64,000 nucleotides of DNA from Candidatus Eiseniibacteriota bacterium. Its GTDB lineage: Bacteria > Eisenbacteria > RBG-16-71-46. The stretch spans positions 1,824,001 through 1,888,000 of the forward strand of contig CAVQXP010000004.1 of assembly GCA_963717935.1 (NCBI GenBank), read 5' to 3'. The notes beneath the pieces are model-generated. The model was not told the DNA's origin and searched no databases. It saw nothing but the letters and a program-made list of their open reading frames with translations. Of the stretch, positions 31,112-44,266 are shown in pieces. The translations under genes and the position numbers were made by a program. How positions within the stretch are numbered: the first letter of the stretch is position 1; the number at the start of each line of letters is the position of its first letter.

Positions 31112-32131
31112 ATGCGGCGACGATCGCGTCTCTGTGCCGTAGCGGTGCTGCTGGCTGCGAGCGCCAGCGCCGCTCCCGCGGTCCGGGGCGCGCCCGACAG
31201 CACCGCGCCGGCGGCCCCCGAGACCACGGCCACCGCCCGCCCGGATCCCGTCGGCGCGGACACGCTCGCGCTGAGACTGCGACCGGTGCAGACGCTCGGG
31301 AACGCCGGTGGCGAGCGCGCCGTGCTGGTCGAGCCCAGCGGCATCGCGGTCGACGCCTTCGGGCGCATCTACGTCACCGACGCCTCCCAGCACCGGCTCG
31401 TGCGCCTCGACGCCCGCGGGACGTGGCTCGGCGAAGCGGGCGCACTGGGCAGCGATCCGGGCGACCTGCGCCGCCCGGCCGGCGTGACCGCCATGGGCTC
31501 GCTCGGCGTCGCGGTCCTCGACCGCGAGAACCGGCGTGTCGTGCTCTACGACCTGTTCGGACGGCTGCTGGGCGTGCTCACGGATTTCGCCGCACTCGAG
31601 GACGAGCTCGGCCGCGTGGATCCGGTGGCGCTCACGGCCGACCGCGGCGGCGCGCTCTACGTCGCCGACGCGGACCGCGACCGCGTGCTGGTGCTGGACT
31701 TCTCCGGCCGCTACGTGCGCGCGCTGGGCGGCTTCGGGCCGGGTGCGGGGTCGTTCCGCGGCCTGGCGGGGCTCGGCGCGAGCCCGCGCGGCGAGCTGGT
31801 GACGGCGGAGCGCGCGGGTGCGCGCGTGCAACGCCTCGACGCGGCCGGCAGCCCGCTGGCCGCCTGGCCGCTCCCGGTTCGACGGGGCCGCGGTCGGCTG
31901 GCCGTGGCGGTGGACGACTCCCTGCGCATCGCGGTGGCGGACGAGGCGTCCGGCGAGCTGTGGATCTTCGACCTCGCCGGCCGTCTGCTGGGCGCGCGCG
32001 GGGACCTGGTCTCGCCGCGTGCCGTGACCTTCGCCCCGGACGGCAGCCTGCTCGTGGCCGAGGGCACGGCGGGCCGGGTGCGCCGCTTCGCGCTCGAGCC
32101 CGCCAGGACAGCCACGCCGCCCGGGCGCTGA
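31112..32131 (+). CDS. NHL-repeat beta-propeller protein
   Basis: PSGIAVDAFGRIYVTD, GALYVADAD and related repeats; signal peptide. Confidence 0.85.
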   Translation: MRRRSRLCAVAVLLAASASAAPAVRGAPDSTAPAAPETTATARPDPVGADTLALRLRPVQTLGNAGGERAVLVEPSGIAVDAFGRIYVTDASQHRLVRLDARGTWLGEAGALGSDPGDLRRPAGVTAMGSLGVAVLDRENRRVVLYDLFGRLLGVLTDFAALEDELGRVDPVALTADRGGALYVADADRDRVLVLDFSGRYVRALGGFGPGAGSFRGLAGLGASPRGELVTAERAGARVQRLDAAGSPLAAWPLPVRRGRGRLAVAVDDSLRIAVADEASGELWIFDLAGRLLGARGDLVSPRAVTFAPDGSLLVAEGTAGRVRRFALEPARTATPPGR

Positions 32132-32134
32132 AGC

Positions 32135-35100
32135 ATGCTGCCCGTGGCGCTGGCGCTGGGCGCGGTGCTGTTCGCGGCGGCGTCCGCGACCGTGCCGCCC
32201 GGCCCCGCGCCCGTCGCGTCCCTCCAGCGCGACCCCGGCTGCGGCACGCTGGTCGTGGTGCAGCGCAGCGACGCGCTGCTCTATCGGCTGCCCCGGACCT
32301 TCCTGCGGGCGGGCAGCGATTCGGCCTGGAGCCGTACGGGGCCCTGGCGACGGGGCAGCGACTACCTGCTCGACCCGCTGCGGGGCGAACTGCGGCTGCT
32401 GCGTTCGCCGCTACCCGGGGACACGCTGTGGCTCGCGGCCTGCTGGCTGCTGGCGCCGCCCGTGCTCGAATGGGAGATGCAGCGCTACCGGCCGGCGCGG
32501 CCGCCGGGCGCGCTCGACAGCGCCACCGCGGCGCCGCGCGAGAGCCCGGCCCCAGGTGCGCATCCCGCGACCGCCCGCAGCCCCCTGGTCGCGCCCGCGG
32601 GGGCGAGCCTCGCCGTGAACGGGAACAAGACCATCGCCGTGGACTTCGGCTCGAGTCAGGACGCCTTCCTGCGCCAGTCGCTCGACCTCGCGGTGAGCGG
32701 GACGCTGTCCCCGGGCGTGGAACTCACGGGCGTGCTCTCCGACCGCAATCTGCCGCTCACCTCGGCGGGCAGCACGCAGGACCTGCAGGCGCTCGACCGC
32801 GTCATGATCGAGCTCACGGCGCCGCGGGGCTCGGCCGCGCTCGGCGACGTCTCGCTGAGCCTCCGGCAGGGCGAGTTCGGGCAGCTCGACCGGCGCGTGC
32901 AGGGCATGCGGGGCGAGTGGGCGGCGGGTGGCTTCCGCGGGTTCGTGGCGGCGGCCAACTCCCAGGGCGAGTACCTGCGCGTGCAGTTCTACGGCTCCGA
33001 AGGGCAGCAGGGGCCCTACCAGCTCCGCGATCGCAACGGCAACGCGGGCATCTCGGTCGTGGCGGGCAGCGAGGTCGTGACGGTGGACGGTGTGCGCATG
33101 GCCCGCGGCGAGGGGGCGGACTACGCGATCGACTACGAGCGCGCGCGCCTCACGTTCACGAACCGGCGGCCGATCACGGCGACCTCGCGCGTCACGGTGG
33201 ACTACCAGTACACCCTCAACCGCTATCGGCGGAACCTGGTGAGCGCCGCCGGCCGCTGGGAGTCGGGGCGGTTCCGCCTCCACACCCAGTTGATCAGCGA
33301 GAGCGACGACCAGGGCCGGCCACTCGGCCTCACGCTGAGTGCGGAAGACCTGGCGGTGCTGGCCGCGGCCGGTGATTCCGCGGCGCTGGCCCTGGGGCCG
33401 GGCGTGGTCGCGGGTCGCGGGGACTACGATACCGTGCGGGTCGCGGCCGGGGCCCTCGTGTTCGCCTACGCGGGGCTCGACTCGGGAGACTTCAGCGTGC
33501 AGTTCGCGCACGTGGGCGACGGGCTGGGGGACTACGCGGACTCGCTCCTGAGTTCGGGACGCACGGCGTATCGCTGGATGGGTGCGGGCGGGGGGGCGTT
33601 CCGCGTCGGGCGCGCACTGCCGTTCGCCGAGTCCCACCAGCTCTGGTCGCTCGGGACCGGGATGAAGGCCGGGGCACTGCAGCTCGAACTGGAGGGCGCG
33701 GTCTCGAAGCTCGACCCGAACACGTTCTCGGTCCGGGATGACGGACGTCACACCGGCGGCGCAGGCCGGGTCTCCGCCGGCCTCGAGGGACGTCTGCCCG
33801 GGGCCCTGGGCGCGGGCGGCCTGCTCGTGGCAGCCCGTGCCGTGGGCGAGCGCTTCGCGCCCTTCGCGCGGCTCGAGCGCCCCTTCGAGCAGGAGGACTG
33901 GGGCCTGCCCGTGAGCGGGGATCTGCAACACGCGCGGCGCGTCGGATCTGACGGGCTTCGTGCGGCCGCGCGCGGGCGGCGAGCTGCGGGCGCTGGCCGG
34001 CAGGCTGACGCTGCCGGGCGGGTTCTCGTCCTGGCGGCGGGGGCTCGAGTGGCAGCGCGACGGCCGGATCGCGACCCGGGCGCGCTGGGAGCGCGCCGAC
34101 GCCACGCAGGCGGGCCTGCGTCTCGCGGACGGCGGGCGCGAGCGGTGGTCCGGCGAGCTGCGGCTGCGGCTGCCGTGGCTCGAGCCCGCGCTGCGCGCCG
34201 AGACCGACGAGCGGCGCTTCGCCGGTGACACGGCCCGCACCGGCGACCGCTACCGCGAGACGGGGGCGGAGCTGCGCAGCCCGAGCCGGCTCGCCTGGCG
34301 CGCGCTCGCGGGCTGGAGCCTGCGCCGCGACGGGCGGCTCGTGACCGGTGAGTTCGTGGACCAGTCGCAGGCGCGGACTCTGAGGGTCGCGCTCGAGACT
34401 CCGGCCGATGCGGCGCTCTCGGCCGTGCTGAACCTGCAGCGCCGCCTGATCGAGCCGCTCGCGGACCCGCGGCGCAGCCGCAGCGACCTGGCCAGCGTGC
34501 GGCTCAAGGGCGAGCAGCCGCGCCGCGGGCTGCGCGGGCATCTCGACCTGGAGATCACCAGCGAGGGCGAGAACCAGCGCCTGCGGCGCGCCGTCTACGT
34601 GGGAACGGGCAAGGGCGGCTACGACGCGCTCGGCAATTACACGGGCACGGGCGACTACGATCTGGTCGTGGAGGTGAGCGGGTCGCTCACGCCGGTGGCC
34701 CGCGCGGCCACGAGCGCGCGCGCCGAGTGGCAGTTCGCCGGGCAGGGCGCGTGGCGGGGCACGCGGGCGGGATTCGACTTCGAGACCGAGTCGCGGCGGC
34801 GCGGCGAGTTGCGCGCGCTGGACCCGTTCCTCGCGCCCGGGGCGGCGTTGACGGACCCGACGCTCTCCCGCGCCAGCGTGCTGCAGCGCCTGGAGGCCGA
34901 GGTCGCCGCCCGAGTCGCGCAGCGCCGCGCTGCGCCTGCGCGCCGAGCGGCGGGTGACCGGCGACCGCTCGTACGAGAACTTCGCGCAGACGCTCGATGA
35001 CCGCACCCTGAGCGCGCGCTGGCGCACCCGCCCCGGCACCGTCGTGGGCACCGAGCTGGAGGCGCGAGCGCGGCGCCGCGTGGCGGTCCAGGCCCTGATC

Positions 35101-35512
35101 GGCGAGCGCGGGCTACGCCCGCACGCTGATCGAGCAGACCGGCACGGGACAACTGGTCTACACGCCGGGCGCGAAGCTGCGGGCAGTGGGCGTGCTCGAG
35201 TTCACGCGCTCGCGGCCCGAGGGCGAGACGGAATACACGCGGACCCTGCGATTGGGCCCGGATCTGGGCTACGCCTTCGGCAAGCGTGGACGCGCGGAGC
35301 TCAGGCTCAGGCGCGCGTTCGTCGCGGGGCCGCCGGCCGTGAACCTGTTGCCGACCGCCGACCCGGCGGGGGTGCCGCGCTGGGAGGCCACCGCCCGGGC
35401 GGACTACCGGGTCCACGAGAACACCACCGCGAGCCTGTCGCTGGACGTGCGCGAGCGGGCGGGGCGCTCGGCGCTCATGACCGGGCGCGCGGAGCTGAGG
35501 GCCTTCTTCTGA
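32135..35512 (+). CDS. Large outer-membrane barrel protein with SprA/Sov-like segments (frameshifted near 33950, 34910, 35110)
   Basis: GNKTIAVDFG..QSLDLAVSGTL; GSEVVTVDG...DYAIDYERARLTF...VDYQY; terminal AELRAFF. Assembled from 4 frames. Confidence 0.6.
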
Positions 35513-37243
35513 TGAGACGCGCGGGCGCGATCCTGATGGCCGTGGCGATGCTCGGCGCCCCGACGGGCGGGGGCGGCGCACGCGCGGCCGCCCGGCTCGA
35601 GTACCGGGGCACCGTGTTGCCGCGGCGGGAGGTCCAGGCGCTCGCGGTCCCCGCGCTGCGCGCGCCGGGCGACTCGACCGCGCTGGCGGCGCTGCTCGGC
35701 ACGGTGGTCACGCGGCTCCAGGAACTCGGTCATCTCGAGGCCCGGGCGGAGGCCGCGTGGGACGCGGGCCGGGGCGCCCTGTGGCTGGAGACACGGGAAG
35801 GTCCGCTGCTTCCGCCTGCGCTCGGTCACGATCGAGGCGCCGGACCGCTCGGACTCGGCCGCCTTCGGCGCGGAGCTCACGCGGCGCGTCGGGCGACGCG
35901 GCGTCCCCGGGCGCGGCAGGCCAGGCGGGGGAGCGCGCGCTGCGGGCGGTCGCGGACGAGGGTTATCCGTATGCGCGGTTGAGCCTGAGCCGGTTCGAGG
36001 TGGACACCGCCGGGGCCCCGCCTGGAGCGGCCGGCGGCGTGGCGCTGAGCTACGCCGGGACGCGCGGGCCCCGAGTGGTGATCTCGCGGCTGCGCGTGGA
36101 CGGGCTCAAGGTCACGCGGCCGGACGTGGCGACGCGCGCACTGGGACGGCTGACCGGGAGGCCCTGGGACCGGGCCGCGGCGTTGGCGGCGCGCGAACGG
36201 CTCGCCCAGCTCGGGCTCTTCCGCAACGCCTCCTTCGAGGGGCTCGAGGGAGAGGCCGACTGGAGCCGGGCATGTCTCGTCTACCGTGTCGAGGAGCCGC
36301 GCTACAATCGCTTCGAGGCGGTCGCGGGCTTCCAGGGCGACGCCGGCACCGCGGGGCTGGCGCGGCTCGAGTTGGGCAACCTTCTGGGCACCGGACGTTC
36401 GGCGGCGTTGCGCTGGGAGTCGCGCGGCCGGGGGCGGTCGGACTTCGAGGCGCGCTACGCCGAACCGCTCCTGCTCGGTGCGCCGCTGCGGCTCGAGGGC
36501 GTGATGCAGCAGCAGATCCAGGACTCGCTCTATGCGCGCACGCGCTGGGGCGGGACGCGCGCGCTTCACGCTCGGTGCGCAGGAGCGGCTCGAGGTGGGC
36601 TGGGAGCAGGAGCGCGTGGTGCAGGAGCGCGGCGAACTGGAACGCGCGGAGATCCAGAGCACGCTCTTCGCGCTCGAGCGCAGCACGCTCGACGAGCCGC
36701 CTGGCGCCGCGTCGCGGCACGCGCACGCGGCTCGAGGCCACGCAGTCCTTCAAGCGAGAGGTCCTGCGCCCGTCGGGGGAGAGGAGCGCGCGGGCCTCGG
36801 CGGCCCAGCTGCGGGGCGAGTGGCATCGTCCGTTGGGGCGCGCGGCGGGGCTGAGCCTGGAGCTGACGGGCGCGGGCCGGCTCAGCTCGCAGCGCGTGCT
36901 GCCGCTCTTCGAGCGCTACGCGATGGGTGGGGCGGCGAGCCTGCGGGGCTACGACGAGGAGACCTTCCGCGTCGACCGCTACGCGCTCTCGCGCCTGGAG
37001 TGGCGCTGGTTCCTGGGGCGGGGCGGGCAGCGCGCGTTCGTGTTCTGGGACCACGCCGTGATGGGCACGCGCCTCGCGCTTCCGGAAGGTGGCGACCGGC
37101 TCGAGGTGTTGCAGCGCGACGGAGCGGGTTTCGGGCTGCGGCTCGAGGCGGCGGGCGGACTGGTGGGCGTGGACTACGGCCTCGAGCCGGGCCGCCCGCC
37201 GCTCGAAGGCAAGATCCACCTGCAGCTGGTCTCGACGTTCTGA
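35512..37243 (+). CDS. Omp85/BamA-TamA-family protein (POTRA + barrel), frameshifted
   Basis: GYPYAR POTRA, RLAQLGLF, NLLGTGR, GGAASLRGYDE, terminal VSTF. Confidence 0.8.
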
Positions 37244-37316
37244 CGCGCGCGGTCCGCCGCGCCGCTCGCGTGCATGCCGCCGCCGTTCGTGGATAATGCG
37301 CGCGGAGGGGAGAGCC

Positions 37317-39501
37317 GTGTCGCTGGTCCGCGAGGTCGAGACGTTGCTGGCGCCGGAGGGGCGACTCTCGCGGCGCTGGCCGCGCTACGAGGAGCGGACG
37401 GTCCAGCGCCGGCTCGCCGCGGACATCGCGCGGGTGATCGAGCAGGGCGGCGTGCTGCTGGCGGAGGCGCCGACGGGCGTGGGCAAGTCGCTGGCCTACC
37501 TGCTGCCCGCGGTGCTCCACGCGCAGCAGCGGCGAGCGGCGGGTGGTCGTGGCGACCTGCACGCGCTCGCTCCAGGACCAGCTCTTCGAGCGCGATCTGC
37601 CGGCACTGCTGGAGGCCGTGGACCTGCGGCTGCCCTGCGCCCGTCTCAAGGGCAAGCAGAACTACCTCTGCCCGCGCGCTCTCCAGCAGATCGACGGACG
37701 CGGCCCCGAGGAGGACGAGACCCTCGACGAGCTGCGCCGCTGGGCGGCCGCCGACGAGGAGGGCGACCTCGATCGCTTCCCGGCCTCCGACCCCGAGGCG
37801 ATGCGGCGCCTGCGCGGACGCCTCGGCGCGGATCCGCACGCCTGCACCATGCTCACCTGCCGCAAGGGCCGGGAGTGCTACTGGGTGCGGGCGCGGCGCG
37901 TGGCCGCGCAGGCGCGCGTGGTGGTCGTGAACCATGCGCTGCTCGCGATCTCCGGCGAGGTGGAGGGCCTGCTCCCCGACTTCGACGTGCTGGTGGTGGA
38001 CGAGGCCCACCGGCTCGAGGGCGTGCTGCTGGGGCAGCTCGAGGTCTCGGTGTCGCGCAACCGCATCGAGGAGGCGCTGCGGCTGGTCGGCACGGGCCGG
38101 AGGCGGGGCGGTCGCGCGGTCGGGCTCGCCGGGGAATCCCGCGGGGCCTCGTCGCGCGCGTGCGCGGCTTCGCCCTGCCGCTCTTCACCGCGGAGAAGGG
38201 CAGCGCGAAGGCCGCGCGCGAGGAGTTGGACGCGCTGGCGGGAGCGGGTCACGCAGGCCCGCGAGGACGCCGACCGCTTCTTCGAGACGATCGAGCCCAG
38301 GGGCGAGCGTCACGAGGTCTACGGGGCGCGGGAGCGGTATCGCTCGGCCCTCGAGCTGCTCGGGCGCGACCTCGAGCCGCTCGAGGCCATCCTCTCGCAC
38401 TGCAACCGGTTCGCGCGCTCACTTCATCTGCTGGCCGAGGACCTCGATGGGCCTCAGGGCAGGCGAGGCGGCGGACGATCTGGTGGGTGAGCTCGAGCAG
38501 GTGGGTGGCCGCTTCGCGCAGCTCGGGGTCGACCTGGGGCACCTCGCCGAAGCGACCCACCGCGACTGGGTCTACTGGCGGAGCGCCGGTGGCCGCGGGG
38601 TCGAGCTGCACGGGTCACCGGTGAGCGTGGGGGACCACGCGCGGCGGCTGGTGATCGGCAGGGCCCGCGCGGCGATCCTCACGTCGGCGACACTCTCCAC
38701 GGGCGGGGACTTCGGCTTCCTGGCCGAACGGCTGGGCCTGGGCGAATCGTGGGGGCTGCCCTACGAGACGGCCTCGTACCCGTCTCCGTTCCCGCTCGCA
38801 GCGCCAGATGAAGGTGTTCGTCTACGAGGGGGACGGGGGCGAGGCCGAGGCGGTGAGCGAGGTGGTCGCCGAGCTGGCGCGCGCGACCGGGAGGAACCAG
38901 CTCGTGCTCTTCACGGCCCACGAGCGCCTGCGGCGCGTCCGCGAGCGGCTGCTGTCGAGCCTCGAGGCCGGCGGGCCGCTGCTCGCGCAGGAATGGGATG
39001 GGCCCGCCAGCCTGCTGGCCGAGCGCTTCCGCCTCGAGCGCGGCGCCGTCTTGCTCGGAGTCCAGAGCCTGTGGGAAGGTGTGGACTTCCCGGGTGAGGC
39101 GCTCGAGATCCTCGTGGTCGCGAAGCTCCCTTTCTCCGTGCCGGACGAGCCTCTGGTCGAGGCGCGGGGGGAGCGGCTGCGCGAGCAGGGGCTCGAGCCG
39201 TTCCAGCACGACGCGGTACCCGAAGCGGTGTTGCGTTTCCGACAGGGGGTGGGCCGCCTGATCCGCCGTCTCCGACGATCGTGGGGTCCTGGTGGTGTGT
39301 GATCCGCGGCTGGTCACGGCCTCGTACCGCAGGCCGTTCCTCGAGTCGCTGCCGGTCGTGCCCGAGCGGACCCGCGACGCGCGCGCGCTGGCAGCGGGGG
39401 CGGCGCGCTTCCTCGGTGGTGCTGCGGCCGCCCCGGAGGCGGTGGTGGCGCCGCCCTTGCCGGCCGGTCCCGCCGTCCCCGGGTCGGGGGAGCGGCCGTG
39501 A
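37317..39501 (+). CDS. dinG: DinG/YoaA-family ATP-dependent DNA helicase, frameshifted
   Basis: EAPTGVGKSLAY, KGKQNYLC, VVDEAH, TSATL, WEGVDFPG, KLPF, QGVGRLIR. Confidence 0.9.
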
Positions 39502-41033
39502 TCCTGCTCGGGGGTCCTGCGCTCTCGCTGGACGACGTCGCCGCCGTCGCGCGCGCGACGGGCGACGGGTTGCGCGATGTGCGGGTCGGTCTGGCGCCGG
39601 GGGCGCGGGAACGCATGCAGGCGAGCCGGGCGGTGGTGGAGGCCGCGGTCGCCGAGGGCCGTGTCGTCTACGGCGTGACGACCGGATTCGGTGAGCTCAA
39701 GGACCGCGTGATCCCGCGCGATCAGGTGCGGGCGCTGCAGGTGAACCTGCTGCGCTCGCATGCCGCCGGGGTGGGGCCCGAGGCCCCCCGCGAGGTGCCA
39801 CGCGCCATGCTGCTGCTGCGCGCGGCGTCGCTGGCGTACGGCCGCTCGGGCGTGCGCCCGGAGGTGGTCGAGGCCCTGCTCGCGCTGCTCGAGCGCGATG
39901 TCACCCCGGTGGTCCCGCTGCAGGGCTCGGTGGGCGCCTCGGGTGATCTGGCGCCGCTCGCGCACCTTGCCGGCGTCCTCGTGGGCGAAGGCGAGGCCTG
40001 GCTCGGCGACCGCAGGCTGCCGGCCGCGCTGGCCCTGCGTGGCGCGGGGCTCGAGCCGCTGGCGCTCGAGGCCAAGGAGGGCCTGGCGCTGATCAACGGC
40101 ACGCAGTTCTCCACCGCACTGGCGGTGCTGGCGCGCGTGGACGCCGGGCGGGTCTGGGAGGCGGCGGTGGCCGCGGCGGCGCTGAGCACCGACGTGCTGC
40201 TGGGCTCCTTCGAACCCGCGCGCGAGGACGTGCAGTCGCTGCGTCCCTACCGGGGCGCCCTCGAGACGGCGCGGCGGCTGCGGGCCTGTGCGGCCGAGAG
40301 CACCCTCACCGCCTCGCATGCCGGCTGCGCCCAGGTACAGGACGCCTACTGCCTGCGCTGCGCGCCGCAGGTCCTGGGGGCGGCGTACGACGCGCTCCAG
40401 CACGTGGGGGCACAGCTTGCGGTCGAGGTGAACGCGGTGAACGACAACCCGCTGGTGCTCGCGGACGGCGAGGAGGTCATCTCGGCCGGGCTCTTCCATG
40501 CCGAGCCCGTGGGGATGGCCGCTGACTACCTGAAGATCGCGGTGGCGGAGATCGCATCGCTCTCCGAGCGCCGCACCGACCGGTTGCTGGACGGCCGCGG
40601 GTCGGGGCTGCCGGCGGTGCTGGCCAACAGGCCGGGCCTGGAGTCCGGCTACATGCAGGCGCAGTACACCGCGGCGGCGCTGGTCTCCGAGAACAAGGTG
40701 CTGGCCCACCCGGCCACGGTGGACTCGATCCCCACCGGGGCCGGGCTGGAGGACCACGTCAGCATGGCGCCCATCGCGGCGCGCCACGCGCGCGCCGTGG
40801 TGGAGAACACGGCGCGGGTGGTGGCGCTGGAGCTGCTGTGCGCGTGCCGGGCGCTGGAGTTCCGGCGCCCGCTCACCGCCGGGACCGGCTCCGAGCGGCT
40901 CTACGCCGCGATCCGACGTCTCGTGCCCGCACCCGAGGGTGACAGGCCGCTCTCGGAACCGTGTGAGCTGGTGACGGGGTGGGTGCTTTCGAGCGCCCCC
41001 GAACGTCTGGCCCAGGAGGTGTTGAGCGAATGA
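39498..41033 (+). CDS. hutH: Histidine ammonia-lyase
   Basis: [20 protein letters not shown] (MIO), [17 protein letters not shown]. Confidence 0.96.
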   Translation: MILLGGPALSLDDVAAVARATGDGLRDVRVGLAPGARERMQASRAVVEAAVAEGRVVYGVTTGFGELKDRVIPRDQVRALQVNLLRSHAAGVGPEAPREVPRAMLLLRAASLAYGRSGVRPEVVEALLALLERDVTPVVPLQGSVGASGDLAPLAHLAGVLVGEGEAWLGDRRLPAALALRGAGLEPLALEAKEGLALINGTQFSTALAVLARVDAGRVWEAAVAAAALSTDVLLGSFEPAREDVQSLRPYRGALETARRLRACAAESTLTASHAGCAQVQDAYCLRCAPQVLGAAYDALQHVGAQLAVEVNAVNDNPLVLADGEEVISAGLFHAEPVGMAADYLKIAVAEIASLSERRTDRLLDGRGSGLPAVLANRPGLESGYMQAQYTAAALVSENKVLAHPATVDSIPTGAGLEDHVSMAPIAARHARAVVENTARVVALELLCACRALEFRRPLTAGTGSERLYAAIRRLVPAPEGDRPLSEPCELVTGWVLSSAPERLAQEVLSE

Positions 41034-42706
41034 ACCCGACCCCCGTGACGCGCGTCGTGCGCGCACCGCGCGGCACGACGCTCTCGTGCAAGGGCTGGGC
41101 GCAGGAGGCCGCGCTGCGCATGCTCATGAACAATCTGGACCCCGAGGTGGCCGAGCGGCCGGAGGATCTCGTGGTCTACGGCGGCCGCGGCAAGGCGGCG
41201 CGTTCCTGGGAGGCCTACGAGCGCATCGTCGCGGCGCTGCGGGCGCTGGAGGGCGACGAGACCCTGCTGGTGCAGTCGGGCAAGCCGGTCGGTGTCTTCC
41301 GCACCCATGCCGGTGCCCCGCGCGTGCTCATCGCCAACTCGCTGCTGGTGCCGCGCTGGGCCACCTGGGAGCATTTCTGGGAGCTCGAGGGCAAGGGCCT
41401 CATGATGTACGGGCAGATGACGGCGGGCTCGTGGATCTACATCGGCTCGCAGGGCATCGTCCAGGGCACGTTCGAGACCTTCGCCGAGTGCGCCGTGCGT
41501 CACTTCGGCGGCTCGCTCGCCGGGCGGCTCGTGCTGACCGCCGGACTCGGCGGCATGGGCGGCGCCCAGCCGCTGGCGGCGACGATGAACGGCGCCGTCT
41601 GCCTGGCGGTCGAGGTGGACGAGGCCCGGGCGCGGCGTCGCGTGGAGCGGCGGCTACTGCGACCGGCTGACGCCCGACATGGACGAGGCCATCGGCCTGG
41701 TGCCGGGAGGCCCTGGCGGCGCGGCGGCCGCTCAGCGTGGCGCTCGATCGGCAACGCGGCCGAGACGCACCCGCGGCTGGTCAAGCAGGGCCTGCGCGTG
41801 GACATCGCCACCGACCAGACCTCGGCGCACGATCCGCTCAACGGCTACGTCCCGGCGGGCTCACGCTCGAGCAGGCCGCAGCGCTGCGCGCGCAGGACCC
41901 GCGAGGAGTACGTGCGCCGGGCCCGCGCCTCGATGGCCACGCAGGTGAAGGCCCTGCTGATGATGAAACAACTGGGCACGGTCCTCTTCGACTACGGCAA
42001 CAACCTGCGCGGCGAGGCCGAGCAGGGCGGCCTGCCGCACGAGCAGGCGTTCTCCTATCCCGGCTTCGTGCCGGAGTACATCCGGCCGCTCTTCTGCACG
42101 GGCAAGGGCCCGTTCCGCTGGGCGGCGCTCTCGGGCGACCCGGCGGACATCCTCGCCACCGACCGCGCCGCGCTCGAGGAGTTCCCGCACGACGAGCGGC
42201 TGCACCGCTGGATCCCGCTGGCCCAGAAGCACGTGCGCTTCCAGGGCCTGCCCGCCCGCATCTGCTGGCTGGGCTACGGCGAGCGAGCGCGGCTCGGCCT
42301 GCGCTTCAACCGCATGGTGCGCGAGGGCGCGCTCCAGGCGCCGGTCGTGATCGGCCGCGACCACCTCGACGCCGGTTCGGTCGCGTCGCCCTGGCGCGAG
42401 ACGGAGGGGATGCGCGACGGCAGCGATGCGGTCGCCGACTGGCCCATCCTGAACGCCCTGCTCAACACCGCCTCGGGTGCGTCGTGGGTGAGCGTGCACC
42501 ATGGTGGCGGGGTGGGCATCGGCAACTCCATCCACGCGGGCGTGGTCATCGTGTGCGACGGCAGCGCCGATGCGGACGCGAAGCTGGAGCGCGTGCTCAC
42601 CAATGACCCGGGGACCGGGGTCATGCGTCACGCCGACGCGGGCTACCCGAGCGCCATCGAACATGCCAGGAAGACCGGGATGAAGCTGCCCGGCGTCACT
42701 TCGTGA
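41030..42706 (+). CDS. hutU: Urocanate hydratase (compensating internal frameshifts)
   Basis: [38 protein letters not shown]. Confidence 0.96.
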   Translation: MNPTPVTRVVRAPRGTTLSCKGWAQEAALRMLMNNLDPEVAERPEDLVVYGGRGKAARSWEAYERIVAALRALEGDETLLVQSGKPVGVFRTHAGAPRVLIANSLLVPRWATWEHFWELEGKGLMMYGQMTAGSWIYIGSQGIVQGTFETFAECAVRHFGGSLAGRLVLTAGLGGMGGAQPLAATMNGAVCLAVEVDEARARRRVERRLLRPADARHGRGHRPGAGRPWRRGGRSAWRSIGNAAETHPRLVKQGLRVDIATDQTSAHDPLNGYVPAGSRSSRPQRCARRTREEYVRRARASMATQVKALLMMKQLGTVLFDYGNNLRGEAEQGGLPHEQAFSYPGFVPEYIRPLFCTGKGPFRWAALSGDPADILATDRAALEEFPHDERLHRWIPLAQKHVRFQGLPARICWLGYGERARLGLRFNRMVREGALQAPVVIGRDHLDAGSVASPWRETEGMRDGSDAVADWPILNALLNTASGASWVSVHHGGGVGIGNSIHAGVVIVCDGSADADAKLERVLTNDPGTGVMRHADAGYPSAIEHARKTGMKLPGVTS

Positions 42707-42713
42707 GTCGCCG

Positions 42714-44010
42714 ATGATCCCCGATCCCTCGCGCGATCCGTTCTCGCGGCCGGTGGCCGGGCGAGCGTCGTACCTGATCCTGCACAACACCTCGGAAGTG
42801 GTGACGCCCGATCCCGGCGGGCCGGGCAGTGCTGCGGTACCCGCGCGGGGCGATCGTCTTCCAGGAGGGGCGCGTGCTGGAGGTCGGGCCGGGCCCCGAG
42901 CTGACGAGACGTCACCCGGAGGCGCGGCCGCTCAACGCCTACGGCAAGCTGGTCACGCCCGGGCTGGTGGACTGCCATACGCACATGATCTTCGCCGGGT
43001 GCCGCGCCGGCGAGCTCCAGCGCCGGCTCAAGGGCGAGGACTACGCCGCCATCGCCGCGTCGGGCGGGGGCATCCGGTCGACCGTCGCGGCGACCGCCGC
43101 CGAGCGTGACGACACGCTCGAGAAGTCGCTCGCGAACCGGCTCGAGCGCTGGCGCGCCAACGGCTGCACCACGGTCGAGGTCAAGAGCGGCTACGGCCTC
43201 ACGCCTTCGGGCGAGACCCGCCTGCTCGAGTTGATGCGCGGCGCCGGGCAGCGCGTGCCGGCGCGGCTGCACCGCACCGCGCTCCTGCTGCACGCCCTGC
43301 CGGCCGAGTTCCGGGAGCGCCGCGGGGAGTACCTCGCGGCCATGGTCGAGCGGGTGCTGCCCGACGTCGCCACGCGCCAGCTCGCCAGCGCCGTGGATGT
43401 CTACTGCGACCCGGTGGCCTTCACGGTGGAGGAGTGCCGCGCGGTGCTCGCGCGCGCGCAGGAGCTGGGCCTGGACATCAAGTTGCACGCCGACCAGCAC
43501 AAGCGCAGCGGCGGCGCGCTGCTCGCCGCGGAGCTGAGGGCCTGCTCGGCGGACCACCTCGAGAGCGCGACCGAGGCGGATTGGCAGGCGCTGGCCGGCG
43601 CCGGGGTCGTGGGCGTGCTCCTGCCCGGAGCCGCGCTGACCCTGGGGCAGCCGCTGCCCGAGGCCGCGATGCTGCGCCGCAGCGGGGCGCGCTGGGCGAT
43701 CGCGACCGACTTCAACCCCGGCACGTCGCCGGCGCAGTCGCTGCTCGAATGCGCCGCGCTGGCGGCGCGGCTGTGTGGCTTCGACGCCGAGGAGACGCTG
43801 ATGAGCGTCACCTGGAACGCGGCGCGGGCGCTCAAGGTCGAGGCCGAGGTCGGGCACCTGAACCCCGGCGCCTGGGGCGACGCCGTGGTCTGGGAGTGCG
43901 AGTCGCTCGAGGAGTTGCCGTACTGGCTGCCAGCCGTCCGCCCCGACACCGTCTTCATGCGCGGCGCCGACCTGGCGCTGCCTTCCGTCGAGCGGCGGGT
44001 CTGGCCGTGA
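42714..44010 (+). CDS. hutI: Imidazolonepropionase (frameshift near 42830)
   Basis: PGLVDCHTH, EVKSGYGL, KLHADQ, ATDFNPGTSP. Confidence 0.93.
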
Positions 44011-44266
44011 TGCAGCCGCGCCGGGACGGGCCATCTGCCGCGTCGCCGGGCCGGTCCCGGCCGGCGGGGGTGCGGGTGGGCGAGCGCGTGATCCAGGCCC
44101 CGATGCTCCGCTCCCGGCGCGGGCAGGCGCGGACCGGCGTGCGAGCCGCTCTCCCCGGCGCCGTCCGGCACCGGCTGCGCGTCGTGCCCGTCACCACGTT
44201 GAATCCCGATCGGGTCACCCCGCATCCGGGGCCCCGCCCACACAACTGACGGAGAATCCCATCCCC

